Below are positions 31,596-32,000 of a stretch of 32,000 bases of DNA, one piece after another; position 1 is the first letter of the stretch; each line of letters opens with the position of its first letter. Position numbers and translations under genes: made by a program. Source of the stretch: Mesoplasma florum L1 (GTDB lineage: Bacteria; Bacillota_I; Bacilli_A; Mycoplasmatales; Mycoplasmataceae); NCBI RefSeq assembly GCF_000008305.1, contig NC_006055.1, positions 630,001-662,000 of the forward strand, in the 5' to 3' direction. Under the pieces are notes generated by a model that searched no databases, was not told the DNA's origin, and was given only the letters and a program-made list of their open reading frames with translations.

Positions 31596-32000
31596 ATGAG
31601 TATAAAAAATTATTTATTACAAAATGAAATACCAACTAACGAATGATTAACAAAAGATGATAACAAAGAAGTAATTAGATCTGTTTCTACAAAAGTAGCA
31701 GATGTTAATAACTTATCAAAAGATGAAGAACTAACAATGAAAAAATTAATTGATTTTGTTGTAGCTAGTCAAGACGAAGAATTTAATTATGAAGGTAAAG
31801 AAGACTATTTACGTCCCGCTGTAGGGCTTGCCGCACCTCAAATTGGTGTAAATAAAGATATGTTTTATATTAGATTTAATTTACCAAACAACCAAATAGA
31901 AGAGTATGCAATGATTAACACAGAATACCTGGCAAAATCATCAAGAATGGCAGCATTAGAAGAAGGCGAAGGATGTTTAAGTGTTGATGAAGACAAACAT
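31596..32000 (+). CDS. def: Peptide deformylase (partial, runs off the window)
   Basis: Code-4 ORF 'MSIKNYLLQNEIPTNEWLTKDDNKEVIRSVSTKVADV...AVGLAAPQIGVNKDMFYIRF...ALEEGEGCLSVDEDKH'. PDF motifs GLAAPQIG and EGCLS. Confidence 0.95.

Noticed and set aside
1-32000. CRISPR arrays, insertion sequences, prophage or restriction-modification/defence islands
   Set aside because: I saw no regularly spaced repeats, transposase/integrase motifs, terminal inverted repeats or phage genes. The region is housekeeping.

Overview
This window reads as a conserved, AT-rich chromosomal segment of a wall-less bacterium (Mollicutes, most like the Mesoplasma/Entomoplasma/Mycoplasma mycoides group; the taxon is an inference). 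It uses genetic code 4, so UGA is Trp. The supplied ORF track breaks many genes at TGA, and reading through TGA gives long, recognisable proteins. Gene density is very high and nearly everything is on the minus strand. Only ppa and def are on the plus strand. Core genes recognised: tandem ABC exporters, a degenerate DprA-like protein, an SSB-like protein, rnhB, rbgA/ylqF, rplS-trmD-rimM-rpsP, an ECF-type S component, ppa, yebC, a deoxynucleoside kinase, rluB-scpB-scpA, an MFS-like membrane protein, argS, frr, pyrH, a polysaccharide deacetylase, tsf, rpsB, a flippase-like membrane protein, an RluA-family synthase, a CPBP protease, ptsH, a UvrD/PcrA helicase, an RDD protein, a GT2-like protein and def (partial). 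I found no CRISPR array, transposon, prophage, rRNA or tRNA. I see no convincing new multi-gene system. The items most worth a second look are a structured leader RNA upstream of rpsB, an uncharacterised protein with a HEPN-like RX4H motif next to another orphan, a DprA homologue that has lost its signature motifs, a GT2-like protein with an eroded DXD motif, a His-rich ECF S component, and tandem TGA-TAG/TAA gene ends that may be relics of stop-codon reassignment. Coordinates were counted by hand and anchored to the ORF track. Those in homopolymer-rich intergenic regions may be off by 1-2 nt.
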